A stretch of DNA of 64,000 nucleotides from positions 64,480,001-64,544,000 of the forward strand of contig NC_067400.1 in the NCBI RefSeq assembly GCF_016432865.1, read 5' to 3'. The DNA is from Antechinus flavipes (lineage: Eukaryota). Below are positions 49,299 through 63,529 of this stretch, in pieces. The translations under genes and the position numbers were made by a program. The stretch's first letter is position 1. Every line of letters begins with the position of its first letter. Below the pieces are notes generated by a model. That model had not been told where the DNA came from and made no database searches. It saw only the letters and a program-made list of their open reading frames with translations.

Positions 49299-52200
49299 TC
49301 AGTCTCCGTCCTCATCCAGCTCTTCCCGGATCTGGATGTGCACAAAGATGGAGGCGGGGTGGAGGCTCGTCCCGTCCTTAGAGAGAAGATGGATGTGACG
49401 GTAACCTGAGTGAGGAATAAAGCCCGCTGTGGCCCGGTACGGGAGGGAAGGGGCCATGAAGACCCTTGTCCCTTCCCTAGGTCGGGCTCGCTCGCAGAGA
49501 CCCCCAGGGCTGGGGGGGCAGACGCACTCACCTTGTTGGACACAGGTCCAAGGCAGTGTGTACTGACCCACAAAGTCATTTCTCGAGGCCCTGTCATAGT
49601 CCTCCACCACAAACCGCAGCAGGGCCAGCTCTGGCACTCGCACTCGGAACTGCAGCGTCTGCCCCCAGTAGGGATTAAAACCTGCTGGGCAGGAGACAGC
49701 CTTGACTACAGGAAATGCTGAGAAAGAGGGAGGGGGTGGGGCGATGCCCGCCCACCCCTCCCCAGGCCGGGCGGCCTGGCCCAGGCTCCTCACCATTGTT
49801 CTCCACGTAGCTGGTCTCTTGCCGCGCTGTGTCTCCGGGCACGCCGTAGATTTCCACCCGCACCAGGGGATCCACAATCGAGCCTTCTTTGCTGTTGGCC
49901 ACTTTGGGTAGCTGCTGACCACTGATCACCTGCGGTCAGAGAGTCACTGACCCACAGCTGCCCACGTACCCCCCGGGCCCCCCAGTTCTGTCTTAGTCCC
50001 AGAATGTCTGGGGTCATTTCCCAAGGTGGAGTTTGCTAGGCTTTAAGTTTCTTTCCCCAGAGGAACTTTGCAGTTTAAAACACATCCAGACAGAACAGTA
50101 AGACTGAACATGTTCACTCCACCCACACTCATCCCAGCCCTCCTGCCCCACTTCCTCCACACACACTCATGCTCTGTTTCCTTGTAGCGCCACACCTGAA
50201 TGAGAAGAGTCAGAGTGGGACTGGGGGGTCTCTCGGGGTGGAAGGAACTTTGGGGGTCACACAGGAAAGCTGGCTTCAGCACGTAGCCACAGCTGCCATT
50301 CTGACTGAAAAGCCCGTCACAAAGATCCATCTCCAGCCCTGCAGTCTGAATGTTCAGGGCCACTTGATAGGTCAGAGCAGAGGGAGGGGGAACAAATCAG
50401 ACTGTGCTGCAAGGCCCATTGCCCCCCCTGGCCTCCCCCCTTCTCCCCCCAGTGCATCTCTACTCTGGGCTCCCCCCCTCCCCCCAGAGCATCTCTCTCC
50501 TGGGTGTCTGTCTGGTCTCCTCCCCCCACCCCCCAGAGCATCTCTCTCCTGGGTGTCTGTCTGGTCTCCCCCCCCCCCCCCAGAGCATCTCTCTCCTGGG
50601 TGTCTGTCTGGTCTCCCCCCCCCCAGAGCATCTCTCTCCTGAGTGTCTGTCTGGTCTCCCCCCCCCCCCCAGAGCATCTCTCTCCTGGGTGTCTGTCTGG
50701 TCTCCTCCCCCCACCCCCCAGAGCATCTCTCTCCTGGGTGTCTGTCTGGTCTCCCCCCCCCCCCAGAGCATCTCTCTCCTGGGTGTCTGTCTGGTCTCCC
50801 CCCCCCCCCAGAGCATCTCTCTCCTGGGTGTCTGTCTGGTCTCCCCCCCCCCCCCCCAGAGCATCTCTCTCCTGGGTGTCTGTCTGGTCTCCCCCCACCC
50901 CCCAGAGCATCTCTCTCCTGGGTGTCTGTCTGGTCTCCCCCCCCCCCCCCCCCCCCCAGAGCATCTCTCTCCTGGGTGTCTGTCTGGTCTCCCCCCACCC
51001 CCCAGAGCAGCTCTCTCCTGGGTGTCTGTCTGGTCTCCCCCCCCGCCCAGAGCATCTCTCTCCTGGGTGTCTGTCTGGTCTCCCCCCCCCCCCAGAGCAT
51101 CTCTCTCCTGGGTGTGTCTGGTCTCCCCCCACCCCCCAGAGCATCTCTCTCCTGGGTGTCTGTCTGGTCTCCCCCCCCCCCCCCCAGAGCATCTCTCTCC
51201 TGGGTGTCTGTCTGGTCTCCCCCCACCCCCCAGAGCATCTCTCTCCTGGTGTCTGTCTGGTCTCCTCCCCCCCCCCCCAGAGCATCTCTCTCCTGGGTGT
51301 CTGTCTGGTCTCCCCCCCCCCCCAGAGCATCTCTCTCCTGGATGTCTGTCTGGTCTCCCCCCCCGCCCAGAGCATCTCTCTCCTGGGTGTCTGTCTGGTC
51401 TCCTCCCCCCACCCCCCAGAGCATCTCTCTCCTGGGTGTCTGTCTGGACCCCCGGCCTCTTACCCATCTGGCAGCCTGCATTCCAGAGCTCCTGAGGGCT
51501 GTAGTTGGAGGAATCTGTCCTCAGACCACTGGGATACACTCGGCTCAGCTGCCACGCGTTGTGTTGCACAAATTCGTTCCCTGCAAAAGGAGCTGGGATT
51601 GAGGGGTAGTGTCGGAGCCCTCATCCCTCACGCTGCTCTTCCCCGGGACCTGTCTTTGGGGGACCTGAGTGACTGCTACATGACCCTCAGTCTCCTCCTC
51701 TTGGGTGACCTTCAGCTCTCTTCTGTTTGTCTGTCTGCCCCTCCTGTCCTCCCGCTCCCCCCATCACTCCCTCCCTCTCCGGCCTTGGCAGCTGCCCAGT
51801 ACTGTGGTGCCCTGGTACACCCCACCCAGCCCATATCCCTCTGGTTTCCACTTTGTACTGGTCCTGACCGGCCTCCTTGACCAGGCGCCGGGCCTTTGTC
51901 TCAGAGAAGGACGACGTCTCGTAGAGGCGGTAGTGAGCCTTCGAGTGTGCAAAGCTCCGAAACGGGACGCTCTTCATATAGACAACCAGGGCCGACAGGG
52001 CTGGACACAGGGTGGTCTTGGATTTCTAGAGAGAAGAAAACGGGGGTAGTGGAAACGGGACAGAAAGGAAAGAGAAGATCCTGGCCTGGGATCGAACCAT
52101 CCCCTCATGCTAAGGGCCTCCCCACCACCGCCACTAGGATTCTCCTCCCATCCCTTCCCTCCCCACCTCACCTGCTTGGGCAGGAGAGGGGACCCAGACA

Positions 52201-55200
52201 TGGGGCCAAGGGCCTGGGGCCCAGTCTGACAACACGCAGACGGACACAACAGCCGACAGGACACAACCTGGGGTGGGAATGGGAATAAATGCAGCCTGGA
52301 TACCCTAATGGTGTCAGGGGAACCCACCATATGCTTCTGGGTATGGATGGTCTGCCTGTGCACATTCATTATGCATCAGATGTTCTCTTGCAATTAAGAG
52401 TTAGAATTGGGGGCAGGGTGAGGATGGGGGAGAGGGCAGGCACTGAAAAGCAATGGGGAGTGTCTCTTTTAAAACCTATTAACATAGCTAAACTTCGTAT
52501 CTTCCCCCCAGCCAGTGCCTAGTAGGGTTCTGCACCCAGTAGGTGCTTAATAAATGTTTGTTGATTTGAAAAAGGCCTGTCTAAGTGCATGAGTAGAGAT
52601 AGTTGTTAATGCTTTGCATCCTAAGTCTGGGGGACCCCAGAATGATGTCTTTGGGCTTGCTTTCCAGAATTCCCATTTAGATTAAACACAAACAGCCAGG
52701 TGTCTTGCCAGCTGGATAAGGTGAAGAGCCTCATCAGAGAAACAATACAACAGACAGACCTAGATCTCAGCTTCTGATGACGAACCTCGGAGGGTTCCTC
52801 CAATTGCACACGCCCCTGTCTTTTCTGGCACCCCTTCCCCGTCTCAGTGCTCTGTCTCTAGTTCATACCCCCAGCCACCGCCTTGTCACACCTGGGAGGC
52901 CGTCCCTCCACGTCTGCCCATGTATCTATCTTCTCTTCTAAACTTGGCTCAAAACTCGGCTGCAGAAAACTTTCCCTGCCTAACTTCCCGGACAGCGTGG
53001 TCCCCATCACCAGTCAGGGCAGCTCTCACACACGGGGTGTTCTCTCACACACGGACTTGCATAAATGACCTCCGGCAGGTTTTTCACCGCGTCCGTCGCT
53101 TTCCCAAGTACGCTTTCTCTCTCACACACACACATGCACAATGCAAGCCCCCTCAAGAACACAGATTTCTGCTCATTACTTCTCTGAATCTCCACCAGGG
53201 CTTCATTAACTGTTGCACAGCTGAGCAGAGAGAGTGGAACACAGATACAAGGGTCCCAGCAGCCAGGTTAAAACTACCTCAAGTCCCACTTTCTTTTTCC
53301 TCTTGTCCTCATTTCGGGCTGTCTCATCAAAGTCCAACACATCGGGCTCCAGTTCCGGCTCGGGCTCTTCCTCTTCTTCAGGCTCTTCCAGCTCCTCAGG
53401 CTCCCCCGGAGCCTCCCCAAGCTCCTCTTCCAATGTCCCCATCTTCTTCCCCTTGAGGAGAATCTTCCCTCGAAGTTCCTGACAGCATGAAAGGAAGGGA
53501 GATGAGGCAGGACAGCAGGATAGCTTCCAAAACTTTCTCTAGAACCATTCTGAAACTGCTCCCACTGAAACAAGCAGGAGGATCATCTGCAGATCATCCC
53601 ACAGAGGGAGACTGGCTCCTCAGGCAAAATGGGGAACAAAGGCCTGGGCCACCTGAGGTGGAGGATGTCTGAGCAGGACAGAAAGCTCTGATTTGGAGTC
53701 AGAAGACTTGAATTCTTTTCCTGTGCATAGATTTCGGGGGGGGGGGGGTGAAGGGATGGGGGTGTCTGTGAACTTTCAGGGAAGGGAATTACATGTTTAT
53801 TTTCATTAACTTTGGATTACTTTGTTTCATTCTACATTATGCATTTAAAAACATTCTGAAAAGAGGCTGATTGATAAGCTTTTGCAGATTGCCAAAAGGA
53901 TCTGTGACTCAAAAAAATGATTAAAGAGCTTCTGGTCTATAATCCAAAATCTAAAAATTGATGTTAAATCTGGTCCATTTATTGAGTCTTCTAGTGAGAG
54001 AATAAGGATACCCATACCTCTGGTGATGGCAGTTGGGTGGGCAGGAGCCCATCCAAGGTCGTATTAAGCAGTCGGTCTCCCAGGATCTCTGTCAGGTGCT
54101 GGGCAATGACCTCTTGTTGTTCCCAGCTGCAGTGATTCTCCAGGGACACTATGACTGGGAAGTCTGATGTCTGGATCAGAGAAGCAGTATTGGTTTTAGA
54201 TGCTGGCTCCAGACCTCTTAAAGAGCATCTCCCACTCTCCCCTAACACTTTCTAACCCAGAGTCCTCACCTAGCATTTCCCCAGGTCTCCTTAGCCCTGG
54301 AGCACAGCTGCTATCAGCATCTTAGAATATCAAGCTAGGTCTCAATCTCAATCCCAGAGGCCACTCTCTAAAGGGCCAGGATTACTAATGGCTCTTTGGG
54401 GCCTTTGGGGCTGGCCTAGATCCTAGATCTGTGGAAAGCACAGCACCATTCATCTCATTTCACAACATTTAATATTCCTCTCCTTAGAGGTGACCCTGGG
54501 CTCTCCAAAGTATGCCAGAAGAGCACACGCTGCTGCTCTGAGTACAGCCTCAGCCACAGATTGCTAATACAGAGAAGAGGCCCCCCCCCGGCTGATTTAT
54601 TCATTGGCCAGGGCAATCAGGTCTCCATCCATCAGGCCTCTAGCCCTCCCTGCCCCTTAGATGCCCGAGCCCCAGGTCCCTATCTCTCAGCCCCAGCCAG
54701 GACCTTCCTGCCTCACTTGGGCCTAGACTCAGCATCCACACCTGGAAGGCATACTGGGCAATGGTGGCCACGACATCTTGGAAGGGGATCCGAGAAGTCA
54801 GTGTGTGTCCGTGGTAAACAATGGGTTCCCCACTGGGTCCATCCCATACGTCCACTTCCACACAGCGACATCCACACTTGAGAGCCCTGCAGGACCCCTC
54901 CGACCAGGGGGACAAAGGGTCAGACATAGCCGTGCCCATAACAGTGCTTCCTCACATCCATCTATATTGGAGCTCTGGAGCTCGGCAGAAAGAGTTCCTC
55001 CCACCTTTTTCCTTTGAGCTTAATGATAGTGCTGGGAGGTCGGGAGGGGGGGGCGGTATTTTTTTAGTTCTGTGACTCCCAAAGTCCACGAAATAGCAAA
55101 GCCGAGATTCACACTCAGGTCTTCAGTTTCCTAGCCACATGCTCTTTCCATTAGATTACAAATGTTTGTTACATGAATGAATGAATGGATCACAGGATTT

Positions 55201-58200
55201 TAGAAATAGAAGGGACCTTGGAGATCGAGTCCAATCCTCTCATTTTAAAGGCCATGGTCCCAAGAGGTTAAGCTAATTAAGTGGCAAGGCTGGGATTCAA
55301 ATTCAGAAGCTCCCAAATAGCCACCCTCCTCCCTTAAATTCCATGAAGTTCCATTAAATCCATGATAAGAGAGGGAAGGAACTCAATCAATGATAGGAAC
55401 TCCACCTGCTCTGTTTTCAGATCCCCAGATCTACTGACACCCCACAGACTTTCTGGTATCCCCAACACCTCCGATCTCCCCTCACTATGGATCTTCAGCC
55501 CTCCTTCCGTCTCCTTCAAGGGACTCTAGACCCCCCGGGGTCCTTCATGATTTCCCCCACCCCTCCCCATGCTTCACACCGTATGTAGCCTTCCACACTG
55601 CTCTGTCCTCGAAACTGGTCCCCCAGCAGGTAAGTGTTGTGTGAGGAGTGAATGAAGTAATGATTCAGCGGGTAGCTCATGTCCTGGTAGACAGGGCGGC
55701 AAGCTGGAGAGAAGATATCTCCATCGGGGGAACAGAGGTACGCGAGAAAGCCATCGATGGTCAGGACGTGCCGCAGTTTGGCTGTAGAGAAAAGGATGGC
55801 AGGTGGAAATAGCCACTATAGCTCTGCCCCACCCCACCCCCACGCTAGACTGCCTGGCTTTAACTTCAGCCAAAAGCAACGGGGCTACTTGTTTCCTCAA
55901 TGGCTTGGGCTGGTGGTGACCGCCTAGGTCCCTGACAATATGCAGTGGATCAGAGCTGAAGGATCTTTACCTTTTTTGTGATTAACACCCCCCCCCCCCT
56001 TGGAAAGACTGATAAAGTTCCAGGACCCCTTCTCAAAATCATGTTTTTAAATGCATAAAACCAAATATTTTTACAAAGGGAACCAATTACACTGAAATAC
56101 AATTAACAAAATATTTTAGAAACAGTCTCACGGTTCCCAAGTTAAGAATTCCTGAATGGAACTAGACTTGCAAGCCTCTTCTAATTCTAAGGTTTGAGTG
56201 AGATTGGAGCAGAGGGATGAAAAGGGGGACAGTGGAGTTAGAATCTCTTGTGTATGCATCCCATCAAACTTCCCCCTCACTTGGAAACCCCTGCTTCATC
56301 TATTCTCCAAACCATGTTCCAACTCACACCCCAAATTTTGATTAAGAAATGCCCCCTCTAGGAGCCTTTCCCCTTTAGTACTACCACTGAAAGTCATTTT
56401 CATGTCAAAACTCTGGCTTCTAGAACTTACAAATAGGATGATGATGATAACATAACTAACTCATTTAGTTATAAAAATGTGACATAGCATAGTAAGGCAG
56501 CAATGATAGCAGGAGCACTAGATTTGAAGTCCGTGGGAATCTGGATTCAAATTCTGTTTTTTTCTACAACGAGGATCTTTGACAAGTTATTTCCCCTTTT
56601 TGGCCCTCAGGATACTTATTTGCAATAATAAAATAGAGTGTTGGACTAGATCATTTCTGAAGTCTTTTCCAGCTGTTAATCCTATAATAAATCCCATCTA
56701 ATAAGTACCTTAAAGGTAGAAGGGACCTTAATAGTCATAAAGGCCGACACCTTCATTTCAGAGATGAGTACTGTAAGACAGCCTCAGGATGATCATACAG
56801 CATAATGACAGAACTAAGTCAGACCCGGATCTCCTGATTCCTAGCCCATGGCTTTTTTCACATTATCCAATGAGGATGTTATGTCTCCCTACCCTGGGTT
56901 TTTTATAGATGTTCTGTCTCTTCCCTTAGAGAACAGGGATTGTGTGTTCTTCTATATCTGTCTTCCTCCTCAAAAAGCTATTTAGGGTCTACATGAATTG
57001 AGGAGCCAGTGCCCAGTGGATTGAATGATGGCACATCTGCTTATCATTTCCATCTCCCATTTATGTCAGTGACGTTCATTCAATAAATATGTATTCAGCA
57101 CCCTGCAGTCTTGGGACAGAAATAGTAGCACAGCACGAATGTAACTGACACATTCTGCATCCAGAGGGGCATTAGTATTGACTGTCAGTCATTCAATCAA
57201 TAAATATTAAGTACCTACTGTATGCCAGTCCCTGTGTTAAGTGCTGGGAATAACACTCCCTCTCTCCCCCCACCCAAAAAAAAAAAAAAAAAAGGAAAAA
57301 ATAATCCTTTTCTCAAGGAACTCACAATCTGATGGATTTCTGTAACTTACTGTTCCATCCTTCTTCCTTTTCATATTCTGAACTTGAGGTCAGTAATAGA
57401 GACATAGAATTCTCCTCTCCTAGAAGACTGGAATCCAGGCTACCTGGATCTAGTATATAGCTCTCATGCAATGCATCTCTGACTCTCACTATGTTGTCTA
57501 TACTTCCCATAAAGTAGGATCACAATTTTAGATCTAGAGGAATTTGAGAGATCATTAAATACAACCTCCCCTTGACAAATAAGGAAACTAAGGTCCATAG
57601 TAGGGAAGTGATTTAATGAAAACAGTAACAGCATTTATACATATACTGCTTTAAGATTTGTAAAGCACTTTACAATATTAACTTATTTTACCTTCATAAC
57701 AAATCTGGGATGTCGGGTACTATCATTATCTCTATTTTGCAGTGAGGAAGCTGAGGCAAACAAAAGTATCTTGTCCAAAGTCATACTCAGAGGTAATTAG
57801 AAGAGTGTGGATTTGAATGTAGGTCTCAGAATTTTAAATCTAGCACTCTGTACCAAAGAGGGAAGGATCCTGGTGGAGGTGGGGAGACAAAAGAAAGTTT
57901 GGGATGTAGATTACAAATGAAAAAATACCCTAATAACTAGTCCATATCAATCCATTGAATCATCTCTACTCAAGCTCAGTCCAATGCTGGACAACTAAAG
58001 ACAGATGGGGGGAATGTAAAGAAGAGACAATGAAAAATAAAAAAGACAGTTTAAAGCTGGGAAATGAAATCATATCATTTATCTTTGAGAAGAGAAGATA
58101 GGACTTTTGTAGAAATGTTTAGCATATATGTAGGGTGGGGGAGAGAGGGAAGGAAGGAGAAAAAATTGGAACCCAGGTTTTGCAGTGATGAATGTTGAAA

Positions 58201-61200
58201 ACTATCTTTGTGGAAACCAAGATGGTGGAGTAAAGTCAGGAAGCTGCTCAAGCTCTCCCAGTTTCCCTCGAAAACCACATGAAACCAATCTTTTGAACGG
58301 AGTCTGATAGAATGAAACCCCTCTCCAGCTCAAGATAGACTAAAAAAACTTTTAAGAAAGATCAGTCTTACTGGGGAAAAAAGGGTGTTCAACCCAAGTT
58401 TGATAGACTCTGGGAAAGCTGATAAGAGGGTCTTAATCACAGCAAATCAGCAACTATGACCCTCAATCCTGGCTCAGGAGAGGAACAAATCAGTGGACTG
58501 CTTCAGTCCCAGCTCAGAAGACAAACTCTGGGAAACCAGTTTGTGTCCTTGAAAGAGCAAATAAAGCTACCCCTGAAAACACAAAAGACTGTGTACTCAC
58601 AGCCAAGGCTCAGCGCTGCAGAAGAAGCTGGGGACAGTGACTCTTTTACCTCAGAAGGAGAGCTTAACCATAAAAGTAAAAATAGAGGATATACCAAAAG
58701 AAAAGGGAAAAAAAAATAAACAAGAAACAGAAAAGATCAATGCTGAAAAATTATCTATGCAAATATCTTGTAAATAAAAAGCTATTTTAAAAAAAAGATA
58801 CTATGGTAACAGGGCAGATCAAAATACAAACTCAGAAGAGGACAAAAAGTTTAAGATAAATAAGAGAGATGGAAGAAAAAAATGAGAAAAGAATTGACAG
58901 ATATGCACGAGAAAGTCAATAGCTTGGAAAAGGAAGGAAAAAAGTTGTCTGAAAAAAACAATACCTTAAACAGTAGAAGACCATGACCAAAAAAAAAGAG
59001 CCTGGATAGCATTCTACAAGAGGTTGTTAAGGAAAGTTAAGCCATTTACAGGAAGAAATAGACAACGAAACTATACTAGTGAGGAATACTCAATCTTCTG
59101 CTTTCAGAATCAGACAGATCTAACCACAAAATAAACAAGAAACTAGGGATGTTAATAGGATCCTAGAAAACCTAGATATGATAGACATCTGGAGAAAACT
59201 GAATAGGGACAAAAAGGAGTACATCTTTTTCTAGGCAGTACATGGCACCTACACAAAAATTGACCATGTATTAGGGCATAAAAACCTCATGATCAAATAC
59301 AAAAAAGGCAAAAAGAGTAAATGTTTCTTTTTCAGACCACAATGCAATAAAAATTATATTCGATAAAGAGCCAGGGAAAGACAGACTAAAAACCAATTGG
59401 AAATCAAATAATCCAGTTCTAAAGAATGAGTGGGTCAAACAATAAATCACAAAAACAATCCATAATTTCATTCAAGAGAATGACAATAATGAGACAACAT
59501 ACCAAAACCTATGAGATGCAGCCAAAGTAGCTCTTAGGGGAAATTTTATATCTCTAAATACCTACATAAATAAAATAGAGAAAGAGGAGATCAATGAATT
59601 AGGCATGCAACTAAAAAAGCTAGAAAATGAACAAATTAAAACTCCCCCCATTAAATATCAAATTAGAAAATTTGAAACTCAAAGGAGAGATTAATAAAAT
59701 AAAGACTAAGAAAACTATTGAACTAATAAAGAAGACTAAGAGTTGACTTTATGAAAAAACTTAACAAAATAGATAAACTTTTGGTTAATTTGATCAGAAA
59801 AGGGAAAGAAAAAAACTCCAAAATGACCAGCATCAAAAATGAAAGGGGTGAATTTACCACCAATGAAAAAGAAATTAAATCAATAATTAGGAGCTATTTT
59901 GCTCAATTCTATGGCAGCAAGTCTGACTATCTAACTGAAATGGATGAATATTTACAAAAATATCAATTGCCCAGGTTAACAAAAGAGGAAATAAAATACT
60001 TAAATAGTCCCATTTTAGAAAAAAAGAAATAGAACAAGTCATTAATGAACTCCCTAAGGAAAAAATCTCCAGGGCCAGATGGATTCACAAATGAATTTTA
60101 CCAAACATTTAAAAAACAATTAATTCCAATACTATGTAAACTGTTTGGAAAAATAGGTAAAGGAGTACTGCCAAATTCCTTCAAGGACATAAATATGTCA
60201 CTGATACCTAAACCAGTAAGGGCCAAAACAGAGAAAGAAAATTACAGATCTCCCTAATGAATATTGATGTAAAAATTTTAAATAAAACATTAGCAAAGAA
60301 AATTACCTTTGCCTGTATTTTGAAAAATAAAAAGCTATTTTAAAAAAAAGAAATGTTTAGCATGATTTCATATATGCTTTCTCAATGGGGGTGCAGGAGG
60401 GAGGAAGGGAGAAAATCTGGAACTCAAGAGCTTTAAAAAACAAATGTGAAAAATTGTTTTAAATATAACTAGGAGAAAATAAAATATTATATATAAGAGA
60501 AGACACAACAAGACAGGAGAGGCCTCATGCCATAAGGAGTAGAAAGCTGGCCGCTCAGTGAAGATATGGATCTACTATAATCCACTAGGATGTGCAGTAG
60601 ATAAAGTGCTGGTCCTGGAGGAAGACCTGAGTTCAAATTCAACCTCAGATACCTGCTAGTTATGTAACTTAGGGCAAGTTTACCTCAATTTCTCCATTTA
60701 TAAAATGGGAATAATAACAGCACCTATTTCCTAGGGTTGCTGTAAAGATCAAATGAGATATTTGTAAAGTGCTTTGTAAACTTCAAAGCACTACATAAAT
60801 GCTAAGTATTATTATCATCATTATTTTATCATTATCATCATCATTATTATTATTTATTCTGACTATGTGAGCTCCAGGCAGCTAAGACTGTAAATTGTAG
60901 AACAGTTGTTTTGCTTTGGTGGAGCATTTCCTCATTGGAGACTTCCCTATGCTGATGAAATAACAGGTTTGGCCCAAAATTTAAATTAAGGGAAAAAAAA
61001 TGTACAGATATTGAAGACTGAAAGTCAATGAGTACCTAGTCTCCTTCTCTGTGGAGCACAAAACAAAAGGAAATAGGACGAAACTAGATCAAGGTTAGAT
61101 GTTGGAGTCTCCTAACAATGAGGGATGAGATCAGGTGCTTGGCATTGAAATCCTGCTTCCTACCTTGTGCAACTTTGAACAAGTCTCTGTCTTTCTTACT

Positions 61201-63493
61201 ATCCTTATCTACAAAATGAGGGGATTGGGTTTAAGTGATTTCTCAGCTTTTTGCATAGTGGGCAGAGTGCTGGACTGGGAATCAGGAAGAACAGAGTTAT
61301 CCTGCCTCAGACCCTTACTAGTTGTGTGACCCTAAATAAATCACTTCATCCTGTTTGCCACAGTTTTTTCATCTGTAAAATGAGTTGGAGAAAGAATCTC
61401 TCCCAAGAAAACTTCCCAGTGGGGTCGGGAAGAATCAGACACGACTGAAAATGACTGAAAGAGAAGCTCTTCTCAAGACCTAAATTTGTTTGCGTGAATG
61501 GTCACTGTGGTAATCACTGCTTCCCTGAAGCTTTAGTCACGAACCATGGTTCCCAGAGGCCAGGGATCTCTCGCCTTAGATAAGGTGTCCTTGTGAAGCT
61601 GTTTTTCAGTCTCTTCTTCCCCACCCAAGCCCACTCCCACACATGTACCACTGTCTGATGGCTCATAGCGAGCAATCAATTCCAAGGCAAGGTCAGAAGC
61701 ATGTTCTCCCTCTCTCTGCTCTTCCCGAAGGAAATCCGCAAACTCCAGCAGCGTCAGCTTCTGGCCATCTCCAGAGAGGATTTCAAACAGCTCCAGTATC
61801 TCTGAGCGCTGAGTCAGGGCCCGATAGAACTCTACAAATTCCTCTCCTTCCAACATCCCTGACTCTGATTTGTCTGCGGCCTGCATGGGAAATTAGGGGG
61901 ATGGAGTTTTCAGAGATCCTGGTCCCCATTTACTCAGCTCCCCAAACAGGCACCAGCCATGCAAAGAAGTTTCAAGGAAATATTGTAAAACCAGCTCTTT
62001 TGTCATTATCAACATCTTATCTTAAATCTTACAATTCATCTTATCTCCAATATCAGGCATTTATTGAGCATCTACCATATGTCAAGCACTACTGACACAC
62101 AGAAATAGGCAAAAGATAGTCGCTGCCCCAAGAAACTCGCAATCTAATGATAATCCTGTACAGTATTACAAATTACTTAAAGAATTAAGGAAAAAGGAAT
62201 TAAGCCTTAGACTTAAAATAGATCACGGGATTTAGAGCTGGAAGGAACCCAGCCAAAGGATTCAACCTTGCTGCTCACTATGGCAGCTGTGAAATTATTG
62301 GAAGGATTCAGAGAATCCCTATGTATATACATAAATATATTACATTTTACAAATATGCATACTATAGATTTGGTAATAATAATAATGATAATAATAAAAA
62401 ATAATAAAATTTTTACAATTTACAAAGCATTTTGTACACATTATTTCAATCCTTATAACAACCCTTGGAGGCAGGCACTTTATTATCCCCATTTTACAGG
62501 TGAGTAAACTGAGACCAAGAGAATTTAAGTCATTTGCATAGATTTAATAAGTTTCTGAAGCAGGGCTCAAACTCAGGATTTTTACTCAAGGATAATGCCC
62601 TATCCATATTCTGCCACCTAGATTCCTCATATAGAACATATATATATATATATATATAAACATACAACCTAATTTAAAGCATCATAAGATTAATACTAAT
62701 TTTTAGTTATTCTATATTTTTTGTCATCAAAAATGAATTTTCATACCCAAAAAGGTAGGGAACCATAGCTCTAACCCAGTTCTGGGTGGTTCTTTGTATA
62801 CTCTTTCCTAACAGTGTCTAGGTAAAGTGTTAATTAATTGAACAACTAATTGATATTAAGAGATGGCTTGAGCAATGAGGTCAACTGACTGATTTGCTTT
62901 TCCTCCTTTCCCGACCAGGACACATACCTGGAAGAGCTGCAGAGCATGCTCAGGGTCCATATCTACATTCATCAACCGAAGCAATCGTTGTACTTCCCGG
63001 AAACTCATTCTCCCATCCTGGTCTTTGTCTCCCTGCTGAAACCAATCACTCAGCCATCTATATCAAGGTAAAGGAAAACCCAGAGGCTGCAGTTTTGGGG
63101 GGAGAGGTTGTATTTTTTGTTACTGGTTTTTTTTCACTAATCTTTTGTTGTTGTTGTTTAATTGTTATATTTTTTCTGGTTATACATGTATATTAACTTT
63201 TAAAATACACATTTCTTTATGAATCTGGTTGGGAAAGAAAATGCAGAACAAAAGGGGAAAACCATGGGAGAGAAAAAGAAAAAAAAAACAGAAAAAAGGT
63301 GTGAACATAGCATGTGTGAGAGATTGCTTTTTAACATGAACCCGAAATGAGAGAGGAAAGGAGGGAGACAGAGAGACAGAGAGACAGATAGCTAGACAGA
63401 GACAGACACAGACACAGACAGAGAGAAAGACACACATAGAGACAGAGACAAAGAGAAATGGATAGATGAATGGAAGAAATAGATGGATGGAAG

Positions 63494-63529
<36 letters not shown>

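Noticed and set aside
50317-51880. Six long Pro-rich or Gly-rich ORFs (319-458 aa) as independent genes
   Set aside because: The repeat unit lacks stop codons in any frame, so open frames are compositional; retained only as an intron-retention hypothesis.
52730-52800. CTGATGA followed by a small hairpin, resembling a hammerhead ribozyme core or a C box
   Set aside because: No GAAA after the hairpin and no correctly placed UH site or stems; the CTGATGA simply pairs with an upstream TCATCAG. No convincing C/D pair with a terminal stem.
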